A stretch of 64,000 bases of DNA from Longimicrobiales bacterium (GTDB lineage: Bacteria > Gemmatimonadota > Gemmatimonadetes > Longimicrobiales > RSA9), in assembly GCA_041568755.1 (NCBI GenBank), contig JBFFZF010000001.1, positions 1,033 to 65,032 on the forward strand. The letters run 5' to 3'. Position numbers and translations under genes: made by a program. This document shows positions 8,087-17,258 of the stretch, piece after piece. Every line of letters begins with the position of its first letter. Position 1 is the stretch's first letter. The notes beneath the pieces are model-generated. The model was not told the origin of the DNA. It searched no databases and was given only the letters and a program-made list of their open reading frames with translations.

Positions 8087-9967
8087 ATGCGAACGAGTTA
8101 CCGGTCCGGTCCGGTGGGAATGTTGCGTGGCGATTCGGCCGGGCAGCGCATCCGCGTGGCCGGCTGGGTCCACCGGCGCCGCGACCTGGGCGGGCTGATC
8201 TTTCTGGACCTGCGTGACCGGACCGGCCGGCTGCAGCTTTCGCTGGGGCCGGCCTGGACGCCGCCCGCGGTGCTCGAACGGGCGCGGCGCGTGGGTGCAG
8301 AGTGGGTCATTGCGGCCGAGGGCATGCTGGAACGGCGACCGGCGGAAGCCGTGAATCCGGAGTTGGCAACCGGCGAGGTCGAATTGCACGTGGAGTCGCT
8401 CGACGTGCTGTCCGAGGCCGAGACGCCGCCCATCCCGATCGCTCTCGGTGCCGGCGACGAACTGCCCGCGGAGGAGTTGCGGCTGCGCTACCGCTATCTG
8501 GATCTGCGCCGGGAAGAACTCCTGCGCAACCTCACGTTGCGCCACCGGCTCCTGCAATCCGTGCGGCGCAGCCTGTCCGATCAGGGGTTCCTGGAAATCG
8601 AGACGCCGATGCTGACGCGGCGGACACCCGAGGGGGCGCGCGATTACCTCGTGCCCAGCCGGGTCCATCCGGGGGAGTTCTACGCCCTGCCGCAGTCGCC
8701 CCAGCTCTACAAGCAGCTGCTCATGGTCGCCGGCTACGACCGGTACTTCCAGATCGCGCGCTGTCTGCGTGACGAGGACCTGCGCGCCGATCGACAACCG
8801 GAGTTCACGCAGATCGACGCCGAGATGTCGTTCGTCGACGAGAACGACGTCTTCGCGGCGGCCGAAGGCATGCTGGCCGCGGTGTGGCGCGAGCTGCTGG
8901 GCGTGGAGCTCGCCGTGCCGTTCCCGCGCATCCGTTACGAGGATGCCATGGCACGCTACGGGACGGACAAGCCCGACCTGCGTTTCGACCTGGCGTTCGC
9001 CGACTGGACCGCGCTGCTGCAGCAGGCCGATTTCCGGCTCTTCCAGGCGACGCGCGATTCGGGCCACCGCATCCGCGGATTCGTCGTGCCCGGCGGTGCG
9101 GCACTGTCCCGCCGCGAACTCGATGAACTCACCGTCGTGGCAAAGTCGGCAGGCGCGGCCGGGGCCCTGTGGTGCCGGCACGCCGAGGACGGGCTGGCCG
9201 GGCCGTTCGCACGCGCGCTCGAAGGCGGACTGGGCGAACGGTTCAAGGAGGAAGCCGGTCTCTCTGCGGGATCGCTGGCCGTGCTCGTCATGGGTCCGTT
9301 CCATGGCCAGGCGGCGGACGGCGCGGCGCCGGTGGCAACCGTCGATGGCGCGCTCGATGCGCTGCGCCGCCACCTGGCTGGCCGGCTGGAGCTGCGCAAG
9401 CCGGGGTCGCACGCCTGGGCGTGGATCACCGAGTTCCCGCTGTTCGACTGGGACGCCGAGGCCGGCCGTCTGGTCGCGATGCACCACCCGTTCACGGCGC
9501 CGCACCCCGACGACACCGCGACGCTGATGGAGGCGGCGGCCCGCGTCGTCGACGTCGAGGCCGGCCAGCGCCTGTACGCAGCCGGGCTCCGTTCCCGTGC
9601 GTACGATGCGGTGTATAACGGCCATGAGATGGCCAGCGGCTCGATCCGGATCCACGATCGTGCGTTGCAGCGGGCCGTGTTCCGCGCGCTCGGCATCGGC
9701 GAGCAGGAGGCGGAGGCCAAGTTCGGCTTCCTGCTCGAAGCGTTCCGCCACGGCGCGCCGCCGCACGGCGGATTCGCGTTCGGCTTCGACCGCCTGGCGA
9801 TGCTGATGGTCGGCGGCGGCAGCCTGCGCGACGTGATCGCTTTTCCCAAGACGACGCAGGCCCGGGCCCTCTTCGAGGGTGCCCCCTCCGCTGTCGATGC
9901 GGCCGACCTGGCGGACCTGCACATCCGCAGCACAGCCGATTCCGGAGGAACCCGACCCCGTGGATAG
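8087..9967 (+). CDS. aspS: aspartate--tRNA ligase
   Basis: 'VAGWVHRRRDLGGLIFLDLRDRTGRLQ' is the OB-fold region. 'FYALPQSPQLYKQLLMVAG' and 'DRYFQIARCLRDEDLRADRQPEFTQID' are class II motifs. Start is ATG 8087, with GTG 8075 as an alternative. Confidence 0.95.
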   Translation: MRTSYRSGPVGMLRGDSAGQRIRVAGWVHRRRDLGGLIFLDLRDRTGRLQLSLGPAWTPPAVLERARRVGAEWVIAAEGMLERRPAEAVNPELATGEVELHVESLDVLSEAETPPIPIALGAGDELPAEELRLRYRYLDLRREELLRNLTLRHRLLQSVRRSLSDQGFLEIETPMLTRRTPEGARDYLVPSRVHPGEFYALPQSPQLYKQLLMVAGYDRYFQIARCLRDEDLRADRQPEFTQIDAEMSFVDENDVFAAAEGMLAAVWRELLGVELAVPFPRIRYEDAMARYGTDKPDLRFDLAFADWTALLQQADFRLFQATRDSGHRIRGFVVPGGAALSRRELDELTVVAKSAGAAGALWCRHAEDGLAGPFARALEGGLGERFKEEAGLSAGSLAVLVMGPFHGQAADGAAPVATVDGALDALRRHLAGRLELRKPGSHAWAWITEFPLFDWDAEAGRLVAMHHPFTAPHPDDTATLMEAAARVVDVEAGQRLYAAGLRSRAYDAVYNGHEMASGSIRIHDRALQRAVFRALGIGEQEAEAKFGFLLEAFRHGAPPHGGFAFGFDRLAMLMVGGGSLRDVIAFPKTTQARALFEGAPSAVDAADLADLHIRSTADSGGTRPRG

Positions 9968-10928
9968 CTCGACCGTCGAACACCGTCTGACGACCGAAGG
10001 CGCCGACTACCTGCTCCTGGCGGGCGTCAACGACCGCAACCTGCAGGAGCTGGCCCAGCTGTCCGGCTGCCGTGTCGTCCTGCGCGGCGATCACCTCATC
10101 CTGTCGGGCGCACTCGGCAACGTGGAACGCCTGGTGCCGGTGGCCGAGCACCTGATCCGTCAGGCACGCATGGCCAAGCCTGTCGGACCCGAAGAGATCC
10201 GGCGCGTCTTCGATGCGGCGCCGGAACGACGCGAGACCGGCAACGGCGCCGCGCAGCGGGCCGACGTCGAGGTCGTTTTCGCCGGATTGCGCAAGCTCAT
10301 CGGTGCCAAGTCGGAGGGGCAGCGCACCTACATGGAGGCCATCGCCAGTGCCGAGATCGTCGTGGCCATCGGTCCGGCAGGCACGGGCAAGACGTACCTG
10401 GCAGTGGCCGCGGCCATCGACGCGCTGCGCAAGAACCGGGTCAAACGCATCATCCTGGCGCGTCCCGCCGTCGAGGCGGGCGAGAACCTGGGGTTCCTGC
10501 CCGGCGACATGCAGGAGAAGGTCGACCCGTATCTGCGTCCGCTCTACGATGCGCTGGATGACATCATGCCGTCCGACTGGGTGCGCCGTGCCATCGAATC
10601 GCGCACCATCGAGATCGCGCCGCTGGCCTACATGCGCGGGCGGACGCTGTCGGACGCTTTCGTCATCCTGGACGAGGCACAGAATGCGACGCGTGCCCAG
10701 ATGAAGATGTTCCTGACGCGGCTGGGCCTGAACTCGCGCGTCGTCGTGACCGGAGACAAGACCCAGATCGATCTGCCCCGGCGGGAGGATTCGGGGCTGC
10801 TCCAGGTCGAGCGGATCCTGCACAGCATCGAGGGCATCCGCATACTCTATCTCGACGAGGCCGACGTGGTCCGCCACAGGCTCGTGACGAGCATCATCCG
10901 GGCCTACGAGGACGACCAGGCGGAGTGA
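9960..10928 (+). CDS. phoH: PhoH-family ATPase
   Basis: The GTG at 9960 is in frame and overlaps the aspS end. Walker A 'GPAGTGKTYLAVA' and 'ILDEAQN' are present, and the length (322 aa) is typical. Confidence 0.88.
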   Translation: MDSSTVEHRLTTEGADYLLLAGVNDRNLQELAQLSGCRVVLRGDHLILSGALGNVERLVPVAEHLIRQARMAKPVGPEEIRRVFDAAPERRETGNGAAQRADVEVVFAGLRKLIGAKSEGQRTYMEAIASAEIVVAIGPAGTGKTYLAVAAAIDALRKNRVKRIILARPAVEAGENLGFLPGDMQEKVDPYLRPLYDALDDIMPSDWVRRAIESRTIEIAPLAYMRGRTLSDAFVILDEAQNATRAQMKMFLTRLGLNSRVVVTGDKTQIDLPRREDSGLLQVERILHSIEGIRILYLDEADVVRHRLVTSIIRAYEDDQAE

Positions 10929-10932
10929 GGCC

Positions 10933-13224
10933 GTGTCTGACCATCCCCTCTGGCGCTTCTTCGATACGCTGAGCACCCCGCCCGCGCGGGGCTGGCCGGA
11001 CGGCGTGCAGCATCATGGCGCGCGCGTCGCGCTGCTGGTCGCGCTCGCCGTGATCACGACCTCGCTGTTTCCGGTGGCCGTCGTCCCCGATTTCCCTGCC
11101 GTGGAAGCGGGCCTCGTGATGGACCGGGACCTGATCGCGGAAATCGGGTTCGGTGTGCCCAAGCCGGAAATCGAGCTGACCCGCGAGCGGGACCAGGCGG
11201 CCGCCGCCGTCGCGGCCATGTTCGCCTACGATTCCGCAGCCGTCGACAGCATGCGCACGAAGGTGGCACGCTTCCTCGATCAGCTGGACGACGCGTTCGC
11301 CAACGGCATCAGTGCGGCGGAAACCGAACGCCGGCTGCGCGCCACGCTGTCCGCATACTCGCTGCCCACGCGGCCCGATGTGATTGCGCTGCTTCGCCAG
11401 CGCAATAACGTGGTGGCGCTGCGCCGCTCGCTCACCACGATCATCGAGCGGGACATGGTTGCCGGTGTCGCGCAGAACAGCGACCTCGGGTCCAGCCGGG
11501 CGCCGAATGTGCGCGTCCTGCGCAACGGCACCGATCAGCTGACCCCGCGGGACGCCGTGACGACCGAACTGGACCTGCACGAGAGCGCCGCGCGCAACCT
11601 GCCGCTCGATGCGCCCGCCGGGCTGGCCGAGTTCCAGAGGCTCGTCCTGTTCTCGCTGTTCGTTCCGACGCTGCGCTTCGATCGATCGACGACGCAGGCG
11701 GCCCGTGATGCTGCCCGTCTCGCCGTGCCCACGCTGAAGCAGGAAGTCGTGGCGGGCGAGCGCATCATCGGGGCGCACGAACGCATCGAGACCGATGACC
11801 TGGAGCGCATCGACGCGTACCGCACCGCGCTGGCCGAGCTGGGCCGGCTCGAACCGGAGCGCGGTCGCTGGATCCGCGTCGCCGGCATGACCCTGCTCAA
11901 CACGCTCATGCTCGCAGTGCTCGGCATCCTGCTGTACCTGTACCGCAGGCCCGTTTACGAGAGCTTGCGCGCCGTGCTGCTGCTCGCCGTACTCATGGGA
12001 CTGGTCGTGGCCGCCGGCGCGCTGCTGGCGCGCGGCGGGGCGCCGCCCGCGCTCGTGCCGATCGCGTTCCCCGCGCTGGTCGCAGCCGTCCTCTGGGACG
12101 GCCGGCTGGCGCTGACATTCGCGCTCGTCGCAGCGATCCTGCTCACGATGCAGTCGCCGCTGGGCGAACTGTCCCCGCGCATCCTGCTCGTGACGGGCGG
12201 CGCTGCCGCAGCCCTCAGCGTGCGCGTCGTGCGCCGGCGGGCGCACGGCCTGATCCTGGGCGCCGTGGTCGGCAGTGCCTACGTGCTGGCGGCGCTGGCG
12301 CTGGGCATGCTGCTGTCGTGGGATGCGGGCACGGTCATGTCGACGGCCGCCCTGGGCTCGGCCAACGGCGTCGCGTGCGCCCTCATCGCGATGGGCGTCA
12401 TGCCGGTGTTCGAAGCGTGGACCGGCATCACGACGGAACAGACCCTGCTCGAACTGAGCGATCTCAACGGCCCCTTGCTCAAGCGGCTGTCGATCGAGGC
12501 GAGCGGGACGTACGCGCACTCGATCAACGTCGCGAACCTGGCCGAGGCTGCCGCGCGCGCGATCGATGCGAATCCGCTGCTGACCCGCGTCGGAGCGTAC
12601 TACCACGACATCGGCAAGATGGCGGCGCCCCAGTTCTTCGTGGAGAACCAGCCGCCCGGCCGCAACCCGCACGACCGGATGGATCCGGCCACGTCGGCGG
12701 CCGTGGTCCGCAACCACGTGCTGGAAGGCATGCGCATGGCCGAGCAGGCCAAACTCCCGGCCGTCGTGAAAGCCTTCATCCCCGAACACCACGGCACCCA
12801 GGTCATCGGCTATTTCCTCGAGCGGGCCCGCGAGCGGGATGGCGCGGAGGAGATCGACCAGGCGGCGTTCTCGTACCCGGGCCCGCTGCCGACCTCGCGC
12901 GAAACCGCGATCCTGATGCTGGCCGACTCCGTCGAGTCCGCCACGAAGGTCATCGAGGAGCCGACCCCCGAGAAGATCCGCGATGTGGTCGACCGCATCG
13001 TGCAGGCCAAGCTGGAGTGGGGGCAGCTCGATGAAGCGCCGCTCACCCTGCAGGACCTGACGCTCATCAAGCAGCAGTTCGTCACGCTGCTGAGTGGCAT
13101 GTACCACCACCGGCTCGACTATCCTGCCAGCGTGGGGATCAGCCGGGACACGGTGCCCGGCGCGGAGAAGGAGGCGGCGGAGCCCGGCGGGACCGGCGCC
13201 GGTCGCCCCGTGCCCCGGCGCTGA
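10933..13224 (+). CDS. 7TM-HD membrane phosphohydrolase (PgpH/YqfF-like)
   Basis: 763 aa with a central 7-TM block, followed by 'HSINVANLAEAAA...GAYYHDIGKM...PEHHGT' (HD/HDIG domain). Sits in the conserved phoH-ybeY neighbourhood. Confidence 0.85.
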   Translation: MSDHPLWRFFDTLSTPPARGWPDGVQHHGARVALLVALAVITTSLFPVAVVPDFPAVEAGLVMDRDLIAEIGFGVPKPEIELTRERDQAAAAVAAMFAYDSAAVDSMRTKVARFLDQLDDAFANGISAAETERRLRATLSAYSLPTRPDVIALLRQRNNVVALRRSLTTIIERDMVAGVAQNSDLGSSRAPNVRVLRNGTDQLTPRDAVTTELDLHESAARNLPLDAPAGLAEFQRLVLFSLFVPTLRFDRSTTQAARDAARLAVPTLKQEVVAGERIIGAHERIETDDLERIDAYRTALAELGRLEPERGRWIRVAGMTLLNTLMLAVLGILLYLYRRPVYESLRAVLLLAVLMGLVVAAGALLARGGAPPALVPIAFPALVAAVLWDGRLALTFALVAAILLTMQSPLGELSPRILLVTGGAAAALSVRVVRRRAHGLILGAVVGSAYVLAALALGMLLSWDAGTVMSTAALGSANGVACALIAMGVMPVFEAWTGITTEQTLLELSDLNGPLLKRLSIEASGTYAHSINVANLAEAAARAIDANPLLTRVGAYYHDIGKMAAPQFFVENQPPGRNPHDRMDPATSAAVVRNHVLEGMRMAEQAKLPAVVKAFIPEHHGTQVIGYFLERARERDGAEEIDQAAFSYPGPLPTSRETAILMLADSVESATKVIEEPTPEKIRDVVDRIVQAKLEWGQLDEAPLTLQDLTLIKQQFVTLLSGMYHHRLDYPASVGISRDTVPGAEKEAAEPGGTGAGRPVPRR

Positions 13225-13691
13225 TGCGCGGTCGTGTCGCCGTGCAGGTCGCGGAGGACATCGACATGCGGCGGGTCGCTCCGGGCGTGGGCGGCCGGCG
13301 CGGTGTGCGTGCGCTCGTGCGCCGCGCAACGCTCGCCACGCTCCGCCACACGGCAGACGCCGCGGCCGACATCAGCGTGACCCTGCTGGACGACGCGGCG
13401 ATCGCCGTTCTGCACCTCCGCTATCTGGGCCGGCCGGGCCCGACCGATGTGCTGGCCTTCGCGCTGCACGACGACGGGGACCCCGCGCATGGCGATGTGT
13501 ACATCGGGCTGGAGCAGGCTCGCCGCCAGGCCGATCGGCTGGGCGTCGGGCTGGGTGAGGAAATCGCGCGGCTCGCGGTCCACGGTACGCTGCACGTCCT
13601 GGGCTGGGAGCACCCCGAGGGGTCGGGCCGCGAACGCAGTCCCATGTGGCAGCTGCAAGAAGCCATTCTGCTTGAGGTGAGCGACGTATGA
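13224..13691 (+). CDS. ybeY: rRNA maturation endoribonuclease YbeY
   Basis: 'PTDVLAF...HGTLHVLGWEH' is the zinc-binding H-x-x-x-H-x-x-x-x-x-H motif. Confidence 0.9.
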   Translation: MRGRVAVQVAEDIDMRRVAPGVGGRRGVRALVRRATLATLRHTADAAADISVTLLDDAAIAVLHLRYLGRPGPTDVLAFALHDDGDPAHGDVYIGLEQARRQADRLGVGLGEEIARLAVHGTLHVLGWEHPEGSGRERSPMWQLQEAILLEVSDV

Positions 13692-14383
13692 AGTGGCGCA
13701 GCGTGTTCCGCCGCCGGCTGATCTCCGGCGTCGTCGTGATCCTGCCGGTGACCGCCACGCTTTTCGTCCTGTGGTGGATCTTCCGCCTTCTGGACGGACT
13801 GCTGGGCCGGTTCCTCTATCCGTGGCTGTCGAGCTTCATCCCGTGGATCGAGCTGCTGCCGGGGCTCGGCGTCGTCGTGCTCATCGCGCTGCTGGTCGGC
13901 ATGGGCTGGATCACCGAACGCGCCGTCGGCAAGCAGGTCGTGGAGGCCTGGCACCGGCTGCTCGACCGGCTGCCGCTCATCCGGCGCATCTATGCGGCGG
14001 CCCGGCGCATTGTCGGTACCGTCGTGGGCAAGGACCGACGGCCGTTCAACACGGTCGTGCTCATCGAGTATCCCTCGGACGGTCGCTGGTCGCTCGGCTT
14101 CCTCGCCGCGGACGCGCCGGCCGTGATCCAGGAGGTCGTGCCGGACAGCGTCTCCGTGTTCATCCCCTCCACGCCCAACCCGACGACGGGCTGGCTGGTG
14201 GTGCTGCCGCGCAGCCGTGTGCACGAGCTGGCGCTGACCGTCGATGAGGCGTTCACCCTCATCCTCTCCGGTGGCGCTGCCACCCCGGATCAGCTGGCCG
14301 ACGCGCGCGCCACCGATCACGGGGCGCCCGCGTCCGATGTCGGTAGCCTGTCCCCGGCCGCGGCGCACGGCGCGAGCGCATGA
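13688..14383 (+). CDS. DUF502-domain membrane protein
   Basis: ATGA overlap with ybeY. 'RRRLISGVVVILPVTATLFVLWWIFRLLDGLL' and 'IPSTPNPTTGWLVVLPR' are typical of DUF502. Confidence 0.75.
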   Translation: MKWRSVFRRRLISGVVVILPVTATLFVLWWIFRLLDGLLGRFLYPWLSSFIPWIELLPGLGVVVLIALLVGMGWITERAVGKQVVEAWHRLLDRLPLIRRIYAAARRIVGTVVGKDRRPFNTVVLIEYPSDGRWSLGFLAADAPAVIQEVVPDSVSVFIPSTPNPTTGWLVVLPRSRVHELALTVDEAFTLILSGGAATPDQLADARATDHGAPASDVGSLSPAAAHGASA

Positions 14384-16032
14384 GGCGGTGGCGCCGCGGC
14401 TTCGTCATCATCGCCCGGCTGGCGCCCTACATCCTCGCGTTTGTCCGTGACCGCCGCCGCTGGCTGCTGTTCGGCGATCCGGCCCGCCGGACCCCTGCGC
14501 ACCACGCGCGCCGCGCGGAAGCGCTGGTGCGCACGATCGCGGGACTGGGACCGACCTTCATCAAGCTGGCCCAGGTGTTCGCCGCGCGGGCGGACATCCT
14601 GCCGGAACCCTACCTCTCCCGCGTGGGCGAACTGCAGGACCGCGTGCCGCCGGACCCGTACGAGGACATCGAACGGGTCATCGTGGCCGAGCTGGGACGC
14701 CCGCCGGCGGAGCTGTTCGACGCCTTCGAGGCCGAGCCGGTCGCGGCGGCCAGCCTGGGCCAGGTCCACCGCGCCCGGCTGGGCAGCGATGAACTCGCCG
14801 TGAAGGTGCTGCGACCCGGCGTCGAGGAGCTGGTCGCAGTCGATCTCGAGATCTCGTTCCGGCTGCTGTTCCTGCTGAACGTGCTGTTCCGCAACCACCA
14901 CGTGCGCGCGCTCACGAACGTCATCCGTGAGTTCAGCGTGCGCGTCCGCGAGGAAATGGACTTCCGTTCCGAGGCGGCCAACATCGACCGGTTCCACCGC
15001 TACTTCACCGGCGAACGACGCGTGCGGGCGCCTGCCGTGCATGCGCAGTTCACGCGGCGCCGTGTGCTCGTCATGGAATGGATCGACGGCGATCGTGTGG
15101 ATCGTCTCGAGCCGCGCATCGACAAGGGCGACCTGGACCCGCGTGTCCTCATGGCGACGCTGGTCGAAACGTACCTGCGCATGATGCTCGTGGACGGGTT
15201 CCTGCACGCGGATCCGCACGCCGGCAACATCCTGGTCGAAGCCGATGGGACCATCGTTTTCCTGGACTGGGGCATGGTCCTGCAGCTGGACCGGTCGGCC
15301 CGGGACGCCATGCTGCGCACGGCGTTGGCGCTGGGCCGCAACGACCTCGATGGCATGATCAACGGCATGCACGCGCTGGGCATGATCGACCCGGCCATAT
15401 CGCGCTCGGAGATCCGCGACGCGGCGGTCGAGATCCTCGAGATCGTCGAGCGCATGCGCGAACTGGGTGTGCAGCGCGCGCAGCGCCTGGTCCACGAAAT
15501 CATGGACACGTTCTACACCTGGCCTCTCATCCTGCCGCGCGAGCTGGTCTACTTCTTCCGCGCAGCCGTCCTGCTCGAAGGCATAGGCATCCATTACGAC
15601 GCTGCATTCGATGGCCTGGCGACAGTCCGGCCGGTCATCCGGCGCATGCGCGGCGACCTGCTGCAGGTCACGGCGCGAGCACCGCGCGAGATCGCGCTCG
15701 GTGTGGTCGACGAGGTGCGCACCGGCTTTGCCGCGATCCGTGATGTCATCGCACGCGCCGAGCGGGAGGAGTTCCGCGTGCGCATCCACCCGCGGGACGT
15801 GCTGCACGGCCAGCGTTTCATCCTGCTCCAGGTCCGCCGGATCCTGCTCAGTCTGTTCGCGGTGACCATTGCGCTGATCACCTCCATCACGTTCATCACA
15901 CTGCGCAATTACTGGCTGCTCGTTGCCGGCCTCGTCATTGCCCTGATCATGTTCGTGATCGTGCTCTTCCTGCCCACGCACCTGCTCGAGAACCCGCTCC
16001 GCCATGCCCGTGGTCTGCGACCGGAACGCTGA
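14380..16032 (+). CDS. ABC1/UbiB-family atypical kinase
   Basis: 'GPTFIKLAQVFAARADILPEPY', 'AAASLGQVHRARL' and 'LHADPHAGNILV' are ABC1 kinase motifs. The C-terminus has TM helices. Confidence 0.88.
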   Translation: MRRWRRGFVIIARLAPYILAFVRDRRRWLLFGDPARRTPAHHARRAEALVRTIAGLGPTFIKLAQVFAARADILPEPYLSRVGELQDRVPPDPYEDIERVIVAELGRPPAELFDAFEAEPVAAASLGQVHRARLGSDELAVKVLRPGVEELVAVDLEISFRLLFLLNVLFRNHHVRALTNVIREFSVRVREEMDFRSEAANIDRFHRYFTGERRVRAPAVHAQFTRRRVLVMEWIDGDRVDRLEPRIDKGDLDPRVLMATLVETYLRMMLVDGFLHADPHAGNILVEADGTIVFLDWGMVLQLDRSARDAMLRTALALGRNDLDGMINGMHALGMIDPAISRSEIRDAAVEILEIVERMRELGVQRAQRLVHEIMDTFYTWPLILPRELVYFFRAAVLLEGIGIHYDAAFDGLATVRPVIRRMRGDLLQVTARAPREIALGVVDEVRTGFAAIRDVIARAEREEFRVRIHPRDVLHGQRFILLQVRRILLSLFAVTIALITSITFITLRNYWLLVAGLVIALIMFVIVLFLPTHLLENPLRHARGLRPER

Positions 16033-16073
16033 GGCCGTTGACACCGGCGCACGCGCACCCAGATCTTTGCGCC

Positions 16074-17180
16074 ATGGCTGACCCCGCACCGGAAAGCGCC
16101 GCATCCGCGCCGCCGGAACTCATCGGCCGCTTCCGGGCCGGCCAGCGCGCGGCGCTGGCCCGCATCATCTCCGTGGTCGAGAACCAGGGCACCGGCTTCC
16201 GCGCGCTGCTGCACGAGCTGCACGGCGCGACCGGGCGCGCGCACCGCCTCGGCATCACGGGTCCGCCCGGCGCCGGCAAGTCCACGCTCATCGCTGCGCT
16301 CATCGCGCACTGGCGCACCCGCGGGCAGACCGTTGGCGTCATCGCCGTCGATCCGACATCGCCGTTCACCGGCGGGGCGCTGCTGGGGGATCGCATCCGC
16401 ATGAACGACGTCGCGCTGGACGGCGGCGTCTTCATCCGCTCCATGGCCACGCGCGGCTCCCTGGGCGGACTCGCCCTGGCCACCCGAGAGGTCGCCGACG
16501 TGATGGATGCCTTCGGGTTCGATCGCGTGCTCGTCGAGACGGTGGGCGTCGGCCAGACCGAGCTGGACATCGCGGCCGCGGCGGACAGCACGGTCGTCGT
16601 GCTCGTGCCCGAGTCCGGGGACGGCATCCAGGCGATGAAGGCCGGCCTGATGGAGGTCGCCGACCTGTTCGTCATCAACAAGGCGGACCGGCCGGGCGCG
16701 GATCGCATGGTGCGGGACGTGTCCATGATGCTGCACCTGCGCATGGGCCAGGCGCTGCGCAACGTGCCCGCGCACCACGGCGTCGATCACGCGCGCGCCG
16801 CGCGGCGCGCCGGGGAGCCCGCACCGCCGGAGCAGCCGTCCGGCTGGGAGATCCCGGTCCTGCGCACCATTGCGCACGAAGGAGAGGGCGTCGACATGCT
16901 GGCGGCGACGCTCGATGAGCACCGCGCCTGGCTGGAGACCTCGGGTGAAGGCGATGAGCGTCGACGCGGGCGGTTGCGTCAGCGTGTCCGCGACGAGGTG
17001 GACCGGCGCCTGCGCGACCGGGTCTGGCGCGACAGCCCGGCGGCGCTCCTGCTGGACCAGGCGCTGCCCGATCTGGAAACCGGGGCGCGCACCCCGTACG
17101 CCGTGGCGGACGACATCCTGCAGCGCGTGCTGGGCCACGCCGCTGCCGGTCCGCCACGGGAACAGCCGATCCTTCCATGA
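16074..17180 (+). CDS. meaB: methylmalonyl-CoA mutase-associated G-protein chaperone
   Basis: 'GITGPPGAGKSTLIAAL', 'VDPTSPFTGGALLGDRIRM' and 'INKADR' are present. Start taken at ATG 16074. Confidence 0.9.
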   Translation: MADPAPESAASAPPELIGRFRAGQRAALARIISVVENQGTGFRALLHELHGATGRAHRLGITGPPGAGKSTLIAALIAHWRTRGQTVGVIAVDPTSPFTGGALLGDRIRMNDVALDGGVFIRSMATRGSLGGLALATREVADVMDAFGFDRVLVETVGVGQTELDIAAAADSTVVVLVPESGDGIQAMKAGLMEVADLFVINKADRPGADRMVRDVSMMLHLRMGQALRNVPAHHGVDHARAARRAGEPAPPEQPSGWEIPVLRTIAHEGEGVDMLAATLDEHRAWLETSGEGDERRRGRLRQRVRDEVDRRLRDRVWRDSPAALLLDQALPDLETGARTPYAVADDILQRVLGHAAAGPPREQPILP

Positions 17181-17258
17181 GTTGCGCGGGTCGAATCGCA
17201 CCGGCCCGTGCGGGGTAGCACAGCGGAGCCGCCCACCAGGGACAAGTACGAGACGAAC

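Noticed and set aside
7652-9922. Very long ORFs antisense to well-conserved genes. Examples: 7277..9922(-) 881 aa opposite aspS, 10894..13329(-) 811 aa, 15909..18401(-) 830 aa, 44737..47406(+) 889 aa, 46481..48736(-) 751 aa, 52724..54604(-) 626 aa, 39414..41096(+) 560 aa, 33378..34976(-), 50608..52224(-), 57847..59325(-), 21351..22910(-), 23224..24972(-).
   Set aside because: They are Arg/Ala/Gly/Pro-rich with no recognisable motifs. Each lies opposite a gene with unmistakable family signatures. Stop-codon paucity in ~70% GC DNA explains them. Only the 3'-terminal 124 codons of 7277..9922 were kept as a possible real gene.
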